Of a stretch of 64,000 nucleotides of DNA, positions 34,729 through 48,002 are shown piece by piece (positions within the stretch are counted from its first letter, which is position 1; each line of letters opens with the position of its first letter). The notes below the pieces were generated by a model. It was not told the DNA's origin, made no database searches, and saw only the letters and a list, made by a program, of their open reading frames with translations. This DNA is from Cirrosporium novae-zelandiae (taxonomy: Eukaryota), in the NCBI GenBank assembly GCA_026023565.1, contig JAPETS010000026.1, forward strand, positions 62,001 to 126,000, written 5' to 3'. A program made the translations under genes and the position numbers.

Positions 34729-37700
34729 ATGGGTCAAGGCTACTCTGTTATCCCGCTTCCAGCAGGCTCTGCAGGTATTGATGTTCCTGAACTGTCAGAC
34801 CTGGTCTATGAGAAATCTCTTGGCACTGCCCGGTTTATGAAAAGTATCAGGGCCCGACGTCAGGATGGTTTAGTTGTGGTCAAGGTAGTCATGAAGCCCT
34901 ATGCAGGCATGAGCCTCAGGACTATTAAGAAAACTCTAGAGGGTGAGCTAACCACCCCCAGATGTGAGCATTTAGACTTGCTTACTTTCTGGTAGAGGAA
35001 AGACGTGCCCTTCTTGATGTACCAAATGCTCTTTGTTATCAAAGGACCCTCGAAACAGGTATGAACGGTTATCTTTCAAGGCAATATGTGCACAGTTCCC
35101 TTTATGACCGAATGAGGTATGGATATATATGTTTCTATCTTGGGCTTTCATTTTTGCCATTCTCTGTGCTTATTTGTTCAGTACTCGCCCATTCCTAGAA
35201 GAGATTGAGAAGAAATGGCTCTCATTTCAGCTCCTATGCGCTCTCCGAGACTGTCATTCGAGAGACATATTTCATGGGGATATTAAATCGGAGAATATTT
35301 TGGTCACTTCATGGAATTGGCTCTATCTAACTGATTTCTCGTCATCATACAAACCTCCATACCTCCCGGAAGATAATCCTGCAGACTTTTCCTTCTATTT
35401 TGACATTTCAGGGAGAAGAACATGTTACTTGGCACCAGAACGATTCCTCCAAGGGGATGAACGTCCTGAGGGCACTGGAGTTAATTGGGCAATGGATGTT
35501 TTCAGTGCTGGCTGCGTGATTGCCGAACTCTTTCTGGAAGCTCCAATATTCTCCCTAAGCCAGCTCTTCAAATATCGCAAGAAGGAATATGAACCTGAAC
35601 ATGTGTCGATAAATAAGATCGAAGACGAGGATATCCGAGAGCTTGTTCTTCATATGATCAAGCTAGAGCCCGAATCGAGGTATTCAGCAGAGGAATACCT
35701 CAACTTTTGGCGCCGAAAGGCATTCCCTGAATACTTCTATAGCTTTCTTCATCAATATATGGGGATGATAACGGACGCGTCGTCTGCTCAACCAAATACC
35801 TCGACAGCTAGGGAGAACCCAGGTGTTGCTGATGATCGGATTGAGAGAGTCTACCTCGACTTTGATAAAATTGCCTATTTTTTGGGCTATGATTTGGATC
35901 GCACTGGTCTCAAAAATCAGCATCCTCGTCAGGTACTCACTAACAATGTAATCCCGACTTGCATCGATCTTCCTCACAATCAACATTTAGCTTCTGCGAA
36001 TAAACGCCGAGCTGATGATGGTACACTAATCTTTTTGACCCTTGTTGCTTCTTCTTTGCGCAATGCCGCTCGAGCTACTGCTAAAGTGCGGGCTTGCGAT
36101 ATCCTTCTAGCCTTTGCAGAAAGGCTCCCTGATGAAGCTAAGCTTGACCGAGTTCTGCCATATATTATGACTCTCCTCAATGATCGTTCTGACATTGTTA
36201 GAGGGGCTGCTATTCGGACATTGACACAGCTTGTAAGCTTCAACTTAACCAGGAATGCGGCCCATTACTGACCTGTCCCTAGATGAGCATGATTTCCGTA
36301 GTTTCTCCCGTGAATGCATATGTATTCTCAGAATACATTCTTCCGCGCATTGAGACATGGAAGGACTCTGGGACGAAGCCAAACCGCTTGGTCCGTGCAA
36401 TCTATGCATCCTGCATGGCTCCACTAGCTCGATGCTCAATGTACTTTTTGGACATTGTGCAGGCGTTACGCGCTGATGGGTCACTCCCTACAGAGGATCC
36501 AGAAACTGAGGACGGTCTTACAGCAGAATCAACCTACCGAAACTTGTTTGATGTGGCAAGGATCGACTTGATAGATCAATTTGAAGGACACACGAAAGCC
36601 TTGCTCACCGATAGCGATTCTTTTGTAAGAAGAGCTTTTCTCGGATCGGTATCTGATCTATTGGCCTTCTTTGGAAGTACCAAAGCCGACGACATTATAC
36701 TCAGCCATCTGAATACTTATTTGAACGATAAAGACTGGATCTTAAAGTGCGCCTTCTTTGAAATAATAGTAGGAGTTGCGACTTTCATTGGTAGTACAAG
36801 TCTGGAAGAATATATCTTGCCTTTGCTTCTACAGGCTTTAACAGATCCCGAAGAATTTGTTGTTGAGAAAGTTATACGGTCCTTTGCTCGAATGGCCGAA
36901 CTTGGACTGTTCCAACCTTCTCGGGTGTGGGAACTGATGAGTATTGTTAATCGCTTTACGATGCATCCTAACATCTGGATTCGAGAGGCGGCTGCAGACT
37001 TCTCGTCCTCTGCTGTCAAATACGTGTCTGCAGCTGATAAGCACTGCATCGCTCTCCCGCTTCTTAAACCATATCTGAAGATCATGGCTTCTGATATTAC
37101 CCTCGTGAACATCTTAGACTCATTGAATAAACCGTTCCCACGAGCTGCGCTTGAGATGGCTATCCTCTGGGCAACTAAAGCGGAAAGGGGAACTTTCTGG
37201 AAGTCAGCTACGGAGCACCAGCTATTCTCAATGACTAATGCAATTAGTCCAATATCCTCGAAAGCTATACGGGATATAAGCAATAATAGCTTTAGCAACA
37301 TTGCAAAGAATGATGAGGATAAGCAATGGGTCAACCGTTTACGGAATATGGGCATGACCCAAGCTGATGAGTGGAAGTTATGCGCCTTGATGGTATATAT
37401 TTGGAGAATGGCAAAGAGAAGGCATCGAGAAGACACTGATAATTCTAGCCCTCAACTGAGTCAGATCATTCCCCTCAAAGAGATAAACGTGACCCCACAG
37501 ACCGTCTTCTTTGATAGTCATCCCTTAATAGTGTCTAAGCCCCGCACTACTTTGGACAGTGGTCGGCCCAGTGGAATGAACATCCAGGCCCATTCAATTA
37601 CCGACGCCCTTCTCGACGCATCTACAAGTATCGACGATCCATTAACTAGACGAAAGAGAACACACACTTCTCGGAAATCAAGAGATATCAGCCATCGCAC

Positions 37701-39723
37701 TTCCCCATCAATACAAATCCCCCCAACACAACCACGCGCCCACTCTTCGTCTCAGTCTCCTTCTCCACGAATACAACATGATAGTGATACAACTTCCGCA
37801 TCTCCATCAGATGCTGGCTCACGCCGCCCCTCTATCTCATTACAGCGGGCCTCGCTAGCGAACAGACTTACCGATAGGCTTGAACGGAAAGGCTCTACAA
37901 GTAAACTAAGCCTTGACGGCGAAGGTCTTCTCATCCGCCACAGGAACAGCGCCATCAATCTTCTGAATAAGAAGGATACTGGAAAAGCTGACGCAGAAAT
38001 TGGTACTACATCTGAGTATGCCTTTGGTAAAGTGGATGGTTCACAAATGCGAGATTCGGAACATGCTTCTTCCCTCAGTACCCTCACAGTTCGAGAACCA
38101 ATCAAGTTACAACCCACCCTTCAGGCTGTACATGACTACTCGGGTACTGATCCAAGTGTTCTTGCCTACCTGGACTCGGTCTTCTTAGAAACAAATAAAA
38201 CCGATGTTATGGAATTCGGACCGCTTGTGCAACCCATTAACTTGAATCAACCAATTCAAATTGTTTCAGGTGTTCCGACCGAAAGACCTTGGCGACCGGA
38301 GCTTGGTTTAGTCTCTGTTTTTGGTGAACATACAGGGCCCATCAACAGAGTTCTAGTTGCCCCTGATCATGCCTTTTTTATCACAGCGTCAGACGATGGC
38401 ACAGTCAAGGTTTGGGACAGTATGAGACTGGAGCGAAATGTGACTCCGCGCTCTCGCCAAACTCACAAACATGCCCCAGGAGCTAAAGTGAAATGTATAT
38501 GCTTTATTGAAAACACCCACAGCTTTCTCAGCTGCGGGTCCGATGGAAGCATACATGCTATTCGTGTCGAGTTCACCCAAACTAAAGAGACTACACGATA
38601 CGGTAAACTTGGCCTCCGCCGCGATTACCAGCTGCCCGAAGGCGAATATTCAGTCTGGATCTACCACTATCGTAGTGAAAATGCCTCTACCATTATCTGC
38701 GCTACAAACCGTTCTCGTATTCTCGCCATCGATCTCCGCACCATGTCTCTCATATACGCTTTGGAGAACCCCGTCCGACATGGAATTCCCACGTGTTTTG
38801 TTACAGATGAAAAGCACACCTGGCTCCTCCTTAGCACCTCTCACGGCGTTCTCAACCTTTGGGACCTACGTTTCTGTGTTCGGATCCGCTCTTGGAGCAT
38901 TCCCAGCACGAACACTATCCACCGTCTTGTCATACATCCGTATAAAGGTCATGGAAAATGGGTCTGCGTCGCCGGTGGCGGGAATGGACATAGTGAGATT
39001 ACCGTCTGGGACGTAGAGAAAACGCAATGTCGGGAAGTATATCGTCTTGGGAATCCTAGCACCCACAGCCACAACAATCCTAAGCACAACCTCACTATCA
39101 CCGCCAGAACCAAAAACTATGAGCCAGAATTCCTTGACGATTCCAACTCCGAAGGTATGCTCAACCGTTTTGCCACGGCACTCGAACCAGCGGGGAGCTC
39201 GAGCGTAGATAGGGGCATCTTGGCCATGGCAGTTGGTTTGGATGCAGGGGAGGATAGTCGGCCCAGCAAATTTGGGTTCTTGATTACTGGAGGTTCGGAT
39301 CGGAAAGTTAGGTACTGGGATCTTTTTAAGCTCGATGCTTCTCTCGTTGTTAGTGGACTGGATTTCGAGGAAGGGAAACCGAAGTTTGAAATCGAGCATC
39401 CTAGTCCTAGCCTGACTGTTCTCACTGAACTACGACCACCTAGCCCATTTGCCCCAACTCCCGGTAGCAGAAGAGAGCCTCCAAGTTCAGCCGGCTCCGG
39501 AAGCACCATCACCTCTGGCACCAATACCAGCACAAGGAACACATCCAACTCGAGCGCGAAAAGAATGAATGGCCGGCCATCGAGAAGCACTGTTATCAGT
39601 CAGCAGCAGCAGCAGTTGCTGAAGAATCATTTGGACGAGATTATGGATGTGGCGTTTTTGAGAATTCCATATGGGATGTGTGTAAGTGTTGATCGGAGTG
39701 GGATGGCATATATTTTTCAGTAG
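34729..39723 (+). CDS. VPS15: Phosphoinositide 3-kinase regulatory subunit Vps15 (kinase, HEAT, WD40)
   Basis: It has a myristoylatable MGQ start, KSLGTARFMKSIRAR, HGDIKSENILVTSWNWLYLTDFSSSYKPPYLPEDNPADFSFYFD, HEAT repeats and C-terminal WD40 repeats (EHTGPINRV...DGTVKVWD). Three introns. Confidence 0.96.
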
Positions 39724-40394
39724 GTGGGAACGAGAATTAGGAAGGGATGGCGTCAAAGCGATTGGGGTTTTTTACGAGACGGGTTTTCACGGGGGTTTAG
39801 TTAGATTTAATAATCATATAGGTGTATAATACCAGAAGATTTCAATGTATGACTTGAAATCCCTAATATTCTTCTCCGAGAGTATCGCGCAGATCACCAT
39901 GTGATTCCTATCTAGTATTCCAGATTAAATTACATCCCACTGTTTCTAAATTTTCACTAATACAAACAGCAGTCACTCACCTCAAGATAAACCCTCAAAC
40001 TATTTTGGGGGGGGGGGGCTTGAGGAGGACCGACTGGTTACATGGGGAGGTCTTCAGTTGGTATATATGTGAAGTTGGAGTTGGAGTTGGTGAGTAGATG
40101 GCTCTTCAAAGGAGTTAACGATAAGGAAGCAGCTAAGATTGCTGCTGGGTCCTTGGTGTTATTGCCTCGTCAAGGCTGATACTCAACAACCATTAGTCGA
40201 GCATCCACAGAAGCCATTATCTGGTGCTTGATCTAACGACGAAAAGACCTGTCCTCAGAGCAAGTGACAGACTAACTACCTTTAAATGCATCCTGGTTTG
40301 AAACCCCAGCCTGCTAGACCGATGAAAACCCACACTCATCTCTTGATGGGTGAGCCTGTGACGCATTGGAATCCACATCATCATACCCAGATGG

Positions 40395-42182
40395 CTACAC
40401 GCCGTTGGTGGGCGTAGAGGTAGCCGGACCAGCAAGGACAGAAAACTGTCCCCCGCACCCTGCAAAGGTAAGCCGCTTGCCTTTCACGGCGGTATTTGCT
40501 ATAAGTGTAGCCTCATTCACAGAGTCCTCTGACCCGAGCCCAGTGCGATAATTTGCAGAGAAGCCCCAGGAATATGCCTCGCCGTCCTTGGTGATAGCGA
40601 AGGAATCATCGATACCGGCTGCGATAGAGTCTGCTAGGATACCTAGGATTATTTTCTTATTAGTAAGGGGGGTAAAATAAAATATGTTATTGGTGGTGAT
40701 GAGAGGGTTTTAATTACCTGGAATGATAGTGGGTTTTAGTAGGATTCGGGGTTTGTTGCGGCTGTCGAAGATGAGGTCTTCTTGAGGCAAGTTGTTTAGC
40801 AGGACACCTGCTTGGGAATCGTCGCAACGATCCCAGAGTAAGAGCCTACCGTCTTCGGTACAAGCAATTGAATGATGTGTTCCACCTTCGATTGACTTGA
40901 TCTTATAAGGCTCAAGTTCTTTGACAATGGTCGGCTTCTCGATAAGGGCACCACTCTCCCCAGCTCCATGTGCGATTCCTGTCTGGCCGAAATTGTTAAG
41001 TCCCCAAGCATATACGTGGCCATCAATGTCAATAGCAAAACTATGAAAGACGCCACACGAAACAGAGGTGATTTTGTTTTTTGGTAGGCCAAATTGACAA
41101 GGAGTAAGAGCCTGCGCTCGAGTTCGGTCCATTACATGCCGGCCGAGCTGGCATTGTTCACCAGAGCCCCAAGCGAAGACGTTGCCTTTGTGATCTAAAG
41201 CTTGCACATGGTTCCCTCCTCCAGCAAAGAATTTGATCTTCTTCAATTGAGGAATGGGTGTAGGTCTTCGCTGGAGCAGTAGTTCTGGATCCTTCTTCCT
41301 AGCCGCTTCAACAGCGCCTGCGGTAGAAAATCCAATCGCACCATCATTTCCCTAAGATCATAAGCGGGAAGCTACTGTATTGCTGAAAAGACTTACACGA
41401 AATGTTCCCCAACCATAAACAGAACCATCGTCTGTAAGCGCAAAGCTAGCGCTACCCGTTGCCGCAACCTGAACAAAAGTTTTGGCATGTTTGCCAAAAA
41501 ACTCTGTTGGAATAGCAGTAGGTGTGCTTTCCTTGGGGTTTAAGGTGCCCTCATCGTCTTCATCGTCTGAATTCGCATCGATATCTTGTACAGGCGCTTC
41601 CCACGTTGTATCCCGACCAAGCGTACCAGTATTGTTGACACCCCACGTCAAAATTTTCTGATCCTGAGTTAGAGCTACGCAATGCATACCCCCTACTGCG
41701 ATTTGAACAACTCCAACAGTTTTAGCATTGAGAAGATCATTGATACGAGGGCGCTTGACATTTCTGGGTTTCTTTCCATTCCTCGCTGTAGGGCCTAGCC
41801 CAAGTTCACCACAATCACCCAAGCCGAAAACATAGACATCAAGCTTTTGTGAAGGGACAGTGTTGATTGCTAAATCTGACTTCAATCTTTTTGACGGCTT
41901 CACCGATGAGTTAGTCTCGGCGGGCCTCCCACGCTTTTTGCGCGGAGCCGTTGTGGGCTCAGGTGTTGGCTTTGAACTCATTTTTCGGGTCACTGTCGGA
42001 TTAGCAACTGGGAATAGAATACCAGAATTTCGACTAGTTTTCAATAATTGGCATATAGAGGGCGACTTACATGAAGCTGAAGTAGAGCTTTTTTTCAGTG
42101 CAGTCTTCACTGACACTTTTGTGGCAGGTTTCTTGGTCGTTTGGGTAGTAGAATTCCTAGCTTTCTGCGCGGGTCGTGCCAT
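40395..42182 (-). CDS. RCC1-repeat protein (Pim1/Srm1 Ran-GEF family)
   Basis: A basic N-tail with an NLS/AT-hook-like segment (RKKRGRP) precedes RCC1 repeats: VYVFGLGDCGELGLG, GGMHCVALT, WGSGEQCQLGR, WGLNNFGQTG and WGFSANYRTGLG. It ends GCGGQFSVLAGPATSTPTNGV*. Three introns. Confidence 0.88.
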
Positions 42183-43252
42183 CTTCTTGCCCCCTTCTCG
42201 ATAAACGAGTAGCTTTCCTTCACAATTATTCAGAGTTTTCCGTTGGCGACCGTGTGCTACAAGATGTCCGAAGATTTTTCCTGCTAAGGTCCCCAAAAAT
42301 TGCTGAATTCTTTGAGAGGTTCGCGCAACATTGCTTTCTGCCTTGTATCATGACAGGGGTAGCTTAAGCAATAGCTTGGAATCTCAGTCAGAAAAATGAC
42401 GCTAATACCGTATTTAACTGTATTAATTATCAACCTAAGAGTGATTAATACTTCTCACCGCTATCTCCAATCAAGATTTCATTATCACTCTTCCATATCT
42501 CGAATTACAACACCACGTAAATCATGTTTAATTGTGCATTAGGCTCGTCAGGGTAGTTAGGGTCAATATATATATATTGACTGCCCTGAGCGAGAGCATA
42601 TACCCATCGAAAGCACTCCTAGGTTAGGTACTAAGGTAGGTGTATCTTGCAAATCCCATTCTATATAAGCTTATTTTTAAAACGACCACTGACTGACCTG
42701 TACACGTTTAGGCCTCCTAACAGGGCAGGAAAAACTATGAAGCGGGAGGCAAAAAGAATCGGGATCGGTGTGAGCTAGCTTGTTGGAGAAAAACTAAAGG
42801 GACTAATTAAAGATAGGCCAAGGACCTGTAGATGTAGGTGAAGATAGTGCTTGGCTAGCGGGAAAGATTGTGGACAAGAAACGAACTAGGGAAGATTTCA
42901 AAGACCATTTGACAAAAGAAGAATCGAGTAAAACAGCTCAGAGGTAAAATCGCGTTTTGAATGGGTTATGCCAGACATGGTGCATAATTACACCCTATAT
43001 CCGTTGGGAGGCCAAGGAAACATACTCAAAGGACAGATGGGTGCGAGCAAGCGTTAAAGTTGCTATAGAAGATACTTACAGCATTTAGTACTAAAAGGGA
43101 TTACAAATCCCAAGGCCATTAACGAGAGATCTCAGCATCAGCTCGCGGGTACTCCAAGAGACAGGAGGAAGTAAGATGTTCATTAAGTCCCATACAAAGG
43201 CTGCCAATAAAAGCATCAACCATTTAAGAGGCTGCACTGCCTCGATCCATGT

Positions 43253-45432
43253 TCATATTTTCCCTCTGTTTAAGAACTTCGTCGGAATATCCACATATCT
43301 TGCTCGGAGGAACTCTGCGACATTCTTTCCAAGGAAGTCACACGTACCCGTGCAACTAACACCTCTATCTAGATGGTCGTGAAGTAGGAAATGCACCCCC
43401 CAAATATTGGGAAGTTCAAAACGATCCTAGATGGGTTGTTCGCGTAAGTAGGAGTCTAAACAATTCTTGGGGAGGCCTACGATCTTCATTCCTTCCTTGT
43501 ACTCTTTTCCTAAGAGCTCTTTTATCTTCTGCACGCTCAATAGATTCCTCAACCATGCATATTCGTCCCTTCTCCGGACGAAAAATCCGACGTTAGCATC
43601 GCTTCCCTTGTCTCCACTTCTTGCATGAACTATCCATCCCAACGGGCCTCTGACTGTATCTCCAAAGCACTTCGGATTTATTTTCTCTTTCGTCACCTCT
43701 TCGCTAGGCTGTTGCCTCTCATAGACTCTTGTGTTGCTTGGTGGCAAAATCTTAAGGTTTCTATGGTCGTGAGTGTGTACAATATGACGGACTTCTGTTT
43801 GAGGCATCAACGTAACGAAGTACTCAAACACGGGCTTCGGGGCTCCCTGCCGGAAATCCATATGAAATGTTGCACCTGGATAACCTTGCATGACATTGTC
43901 GATAATAGGCTTCATAAATTTAGCTGATGCCAAATGTTCCATGTTGGGTGCTTGGGCAAAAATCCTGAAAACTACAGTTGCAAAGTTTTGATCTTCCGGA
44001 TCTGGGAGAACAGACCCAATGATAGTAAAAGATAGCATCGTGAAGTTTTTAGAATGAGGGGCCAGAAGTTTCCGCAATTGCTGCTCCATCATTTGAGCCT
44101 TCTTGTGGATATCTAACCCACAAAGAAAATAATGCATTTCTGCTTGAAAGCCACCCTTGGCAGTGATGCCGACCTTGGTCGTAGGGGGAGGGGGAAGCGC
44201 TTGAACGCCACTGACACCAACACGATTGTTCCCCAGTGAGATAAAGGATACATCAGCCAGGAGAGCCGTCACATCGGAATTATAATAATAAGGCCCTTGA
44301 ATCTCATAGAGGAAATGGGCTTTACAAGTTTCAGGAGAAACAAGACCTTGTGTCCCGAGCGCTTTAGTAATAATGGTAGAGCCAGTGGAAGATATTTCCG
44401 CGATAGGATAGCTATAGTTTCAACACATAAGCAATCATTTGCTCGTTAGGCATAGTAATAAGTTGCGCGGTATGATGCATCTTTGAGAAGGATCCAAATC
44501 ACCCATTATATAAAATTGGCAAGCTTACCCAATATCTGACCATCCCCATCCCTCTTCCTCTAAGGTTTTGAATCCTGAGAAATTTCCTCCGCAAACGTAA
44601 TTTGAACATTCAATTAGATGTCCAGCTACCAACGTGTTCGCCAAACATTCTAAATCATCTCTACTCCATTTATGCCACCATGCTGCTGCACCAATCACCG
44701 ACGAAGCATCCGCAACCCTTCCGCAAAGCACAATATCTGCACCCGAGGAGAGAGCAGCAGCAATCCCGAGACCACCGAGGTAAGCTTGTGCACTTATTGG
44801 ATTGAATTTCCAGTCCGAGAGTCTCTGTCCGGTGTGTATGTTGGTGAAATCGGAAGGTTTAGCTTTCCGCACCACAGAGAGAACATCGTCACCTTCGATC
44901 CAGGCAACCTTTGAATTTAACATTCATTAGCCTCTTATTATGAAGTACTTGTACTTTCAAGAGAAAGAAAAGGCAACGCCAACTCTTAAGTCCAGTCCTT
45001 TGTTTTTGACCATCATCTCCACAGCATTCACTAGTAGTTTGGTATCGTTCCCTCCAGCATTCACAGCGATCTTTATTCCATACTTCTTGATATCTCCTAG
45101 TGCTGGCTCAAGGGCTTCCAGAAAACTAGCTTCATAAGCCGCTTCCGTTGCCGCTGAATTGAGCGGCCGTTGCTGTGAAGATGTATACGTGACCGTAGTC
45201 AACTGATCGGCTTTCTTTCCGGCAGCCGTTGTCATATTTGCCTCGGACAGCCAATCCCCAGTTATCACATCGACTGGATCGCTAGGGTAGCGGCGCGCAA
45301 AATGGGCAATGGCATGTCGGCGGTCTGAAGTTGCACCAGAGGCTCCTGGAGAAAGACATCAAGTATCTGATAAGAGCAGTGGGATATAGTAACCTTACCA
45401 GCGATGCGAATTGAACGAGGAATTGGTGCCAT
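43253..45432 (-). CDS. Acyclic terpene utilisation AtuA family (DUF1446) protein
   Basis: It shows RSIRIAGASGATSDR, ITGDWLSEANM, IAVNAGG, AYLGGLGIAAALSSGADIVLCGRVADAS, AGHLIECSNYVCGGNFSGF, ARSGDKGSDANVG and HDHLDRGV. Four introns. Confidence 0.9.
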
Positions 45433-46885
45433 GGTGATTGACAAGCTTTAAGAAGTAATGAGAGAGAAGAGAAACCCGTCTTTCTGAGCTTAAGAGCCAT
45501 CTAGGACAAGTCATTCTACATCATTACTGTGTAACATATCGGGAACTTGAATGACCGCCTCGGTTCATCGTCGGAGAAATCTTGGTATGATGTGGGGAAG
45601 TTGCGGGGAATGCCTACATCATAAAGAACAATGTGTGACAAGTATTATATGAAATGACACTCATTATCCATAACAAGACATAAAAATTTTTGGGGGGGGG
45701 GGGGTTGAATAGATTTCTATTAGCATCGTGAGAAATAGTAAAATACTACGTTGTATGAGGTATGTAGTGAAAAAGACCTGTTTTAAATCGGTAAGCCGGT
45801 TAAAATATCTAGCGCTCTCAATAAACCTAGAGTCATTGAAGCTCGGAATATTTACAATAAGCACTTTAATTTATCTACATTGGTAGAAAACCCTTTCTCA
45901 GAATCTTATTTTAACGGCTCATTCATCATGATCAATCTGAAGCTTATGATTGACACTCCTACTGATTTTGTACATAGCACAAGGAAATGGTGTGTATGAT
46001 AAAGGTATGGGTATATTGGACGCTCTCCAAGTTACGAGAAAAATTAGCTAATAATGCATCCTTAATCCAACAACCTATTCTTACGATACGATATATAATG
46101 AGAATCATAAATCTTGATCAAGACGAACTTTTGCATGTAAAACTCGCTACTCTTTCTGTTAGACCAACAAACGTCTCACTGAAACGTCTATTCTATCCCT
46201 TTGCATCTTCATAGTTCATCCTTGGTACTATACTACTAAAAGGGACGATGTTCTTATCTTATAGAAGCTGATGTATAGTGTTTGACTAGCCTTCGACAAG
46301 CCTTTTAATTCACTTTCATGGAGGTCCAGCTCCCTTGGCCTAGCGAATACTTTATTGAATGCTCCTAGCCATTCAACACCAGCCAAGTCTCCCCTGGATC
46401 TCCCCTATTTTGTTGGGGAGTGGGGCTCAATAATTGAAATAAGAAAAATTAGCCGTAGTAAAAGCGACCATCTCTTGAATACTATGAAAGAATATATATG
46501 GTTTTAAAGACGGCACAAGGAACATTATGTAAATTAAAACCCCTTCGGGGGAACCGCTGCAAGAACAACTCTTTTATCAACCCTAAATGGTACCACATAA
46601 GGCAACAAAGAAAAAAAAACATTAATTATCGATTCCTAAAAAACTGTATAACCAGGATTCCCAATGCCGTTTTTCCAGGCTCCACATGTATGTATTCCGT
46701 TTCAATATCCCATCCCTGGCTGATTTCATACTTCTTTCCTTCCTCCTCTGACCCTATTCCTCGTCTAATATCTTAGATATAATAAAATCATGACCACTTT
46801 TACACACCCAAGATTCTCTCCTTGACTTTAGACAGCTTGACATTCAGTTGTTTTCACGTGGCGAAGCTGCTGTTTGATTCCATGA

Positions 46886-48002
46886 TTAAACCAGATCGAG
46901 TTTGATGAGGGAAAATAACATGACGAGGAAGAGGAGCATGTATAGTTTTTCAGCGAAAGAGGGAGGCTGGGGCTGCGGTTGAGTTGGTGTGTCTGGCTGC
47001 ATGGAATATCGAAGAGGCGCGGTGAGCTCGGAGTTCAAGGAAACGGGGAAATTGGTTTCCCAGATGTTTTCTTCGTCGCTATCGAGGATGCTACTTGAAT
47101 AGCTGGATGAGGTTGATTCCCAGGTGCGGGGCAAGGGTAGCTTTGAGGGGGTGCTGGTGTATGGAGAGGAAGAAAACATTATTTGTTCGTCTTCGTTGTT
47201 GGCAATAGTGGCACTTTCGTTTGTGCGGAGGATGGGAGGGGTTCTGATGTTGGTGATGGTGGGTAATGGCAAATGTGGAGGGGTACTGATGTATGGCGAG
47301 GAAGATGGGATGATAGAATAGTCTTCAGGGCTGTAGTGGTATTCATTATCTCCCAGAGACTCCTCATCGCTAGTAACCTCTCTATCTTCGTTCCCATGCG
47401 CGACACATGTTGAACATGAAGTATCTGCTACTTCTTCAGATATATGGTCCTCAACGACAACCCCTTCATCCTCATAAATAGGCATATTTTTAGGCTTTCA
47501 CTTTCTTCGTCAACTTCGTATTCATATTCGACTTTGTTTGTGAACATCTATCCTCTAGTATTATCACACTAATTTTTTGGATGTGTTGCTGGTAATGGAA
47601 GATTCCCTCGAGTAAGGTGGCGTACCGATTAGGCGAGAATCTTGATTCGCCTGTGCTTGGTGGGCTATGGAAACGTGGGTGGCTGGGCTTGAATCTCAAT
47701 CCTATATCAGGGACCTGTATTTTTATTTAATACTTCACTGCCATCACTTGTTGTCAAAGGGGTTTCTAAACTCATGTAAAGTATTTTCAGCTTCAGATTG
47801 GACGTCCTGTCATCATAACGTGTCTCTTCAACTTCGAAATGAGCGTCTTCGGGCTCATAAGTGTCTTCAGTTTCACAATAAGAGACGTGGTCTTCGCGAC
47901 GACAGCCTTCTTCTTTACTCAAGGTTACATCAGGTTCATGGTGTTTCATCACGCTCTAGAAGATTGGTTTTCATTATAGGAAACTCGTCATCATCATCGG
48001 CC
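46886..48002 (-). pseudogene. Fragmented acidic, low-complexity ORF series ending in a hydrophobic C-terminal segment; probable pseudogene or lineage-specific gene
   Basis: Successive D/E-rich segments lie in different minus-strand frames (ADDDDEFP..*, EDTYEPEDAHFEVEE..*, VEYEYEVDEESES, MPIYEDEG...LYMLLFLVMLFSLIKLDLV*), with no clear introns joining them. Confidence 0.4.

Noticed and set aside
40005..40056. GGGGAGGTCTTCA near the RCC1 3' end as another cassette arm
   Set aside because: It is a single partial match with no palindromic partner and no counterpart on the other side of the gene.
42548..42590. Palindrome GTCAATATATATATATTGAC
   Set aside because: It is mostly an (AT)n run, which is self-complementary by default.
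43253..45432. Recent bacterial horizontal transfer of AtuA (and of the SDR at 49953)
   Set aside because: Both genes carry several spliceosomal introns and belong to families widespread in fungi.
45660..46330. AT-rich stretch with poly-G, possibly a RIP-degraded transposon
   Set aside because: No recognisable TE motif or terminal repeat could be read.
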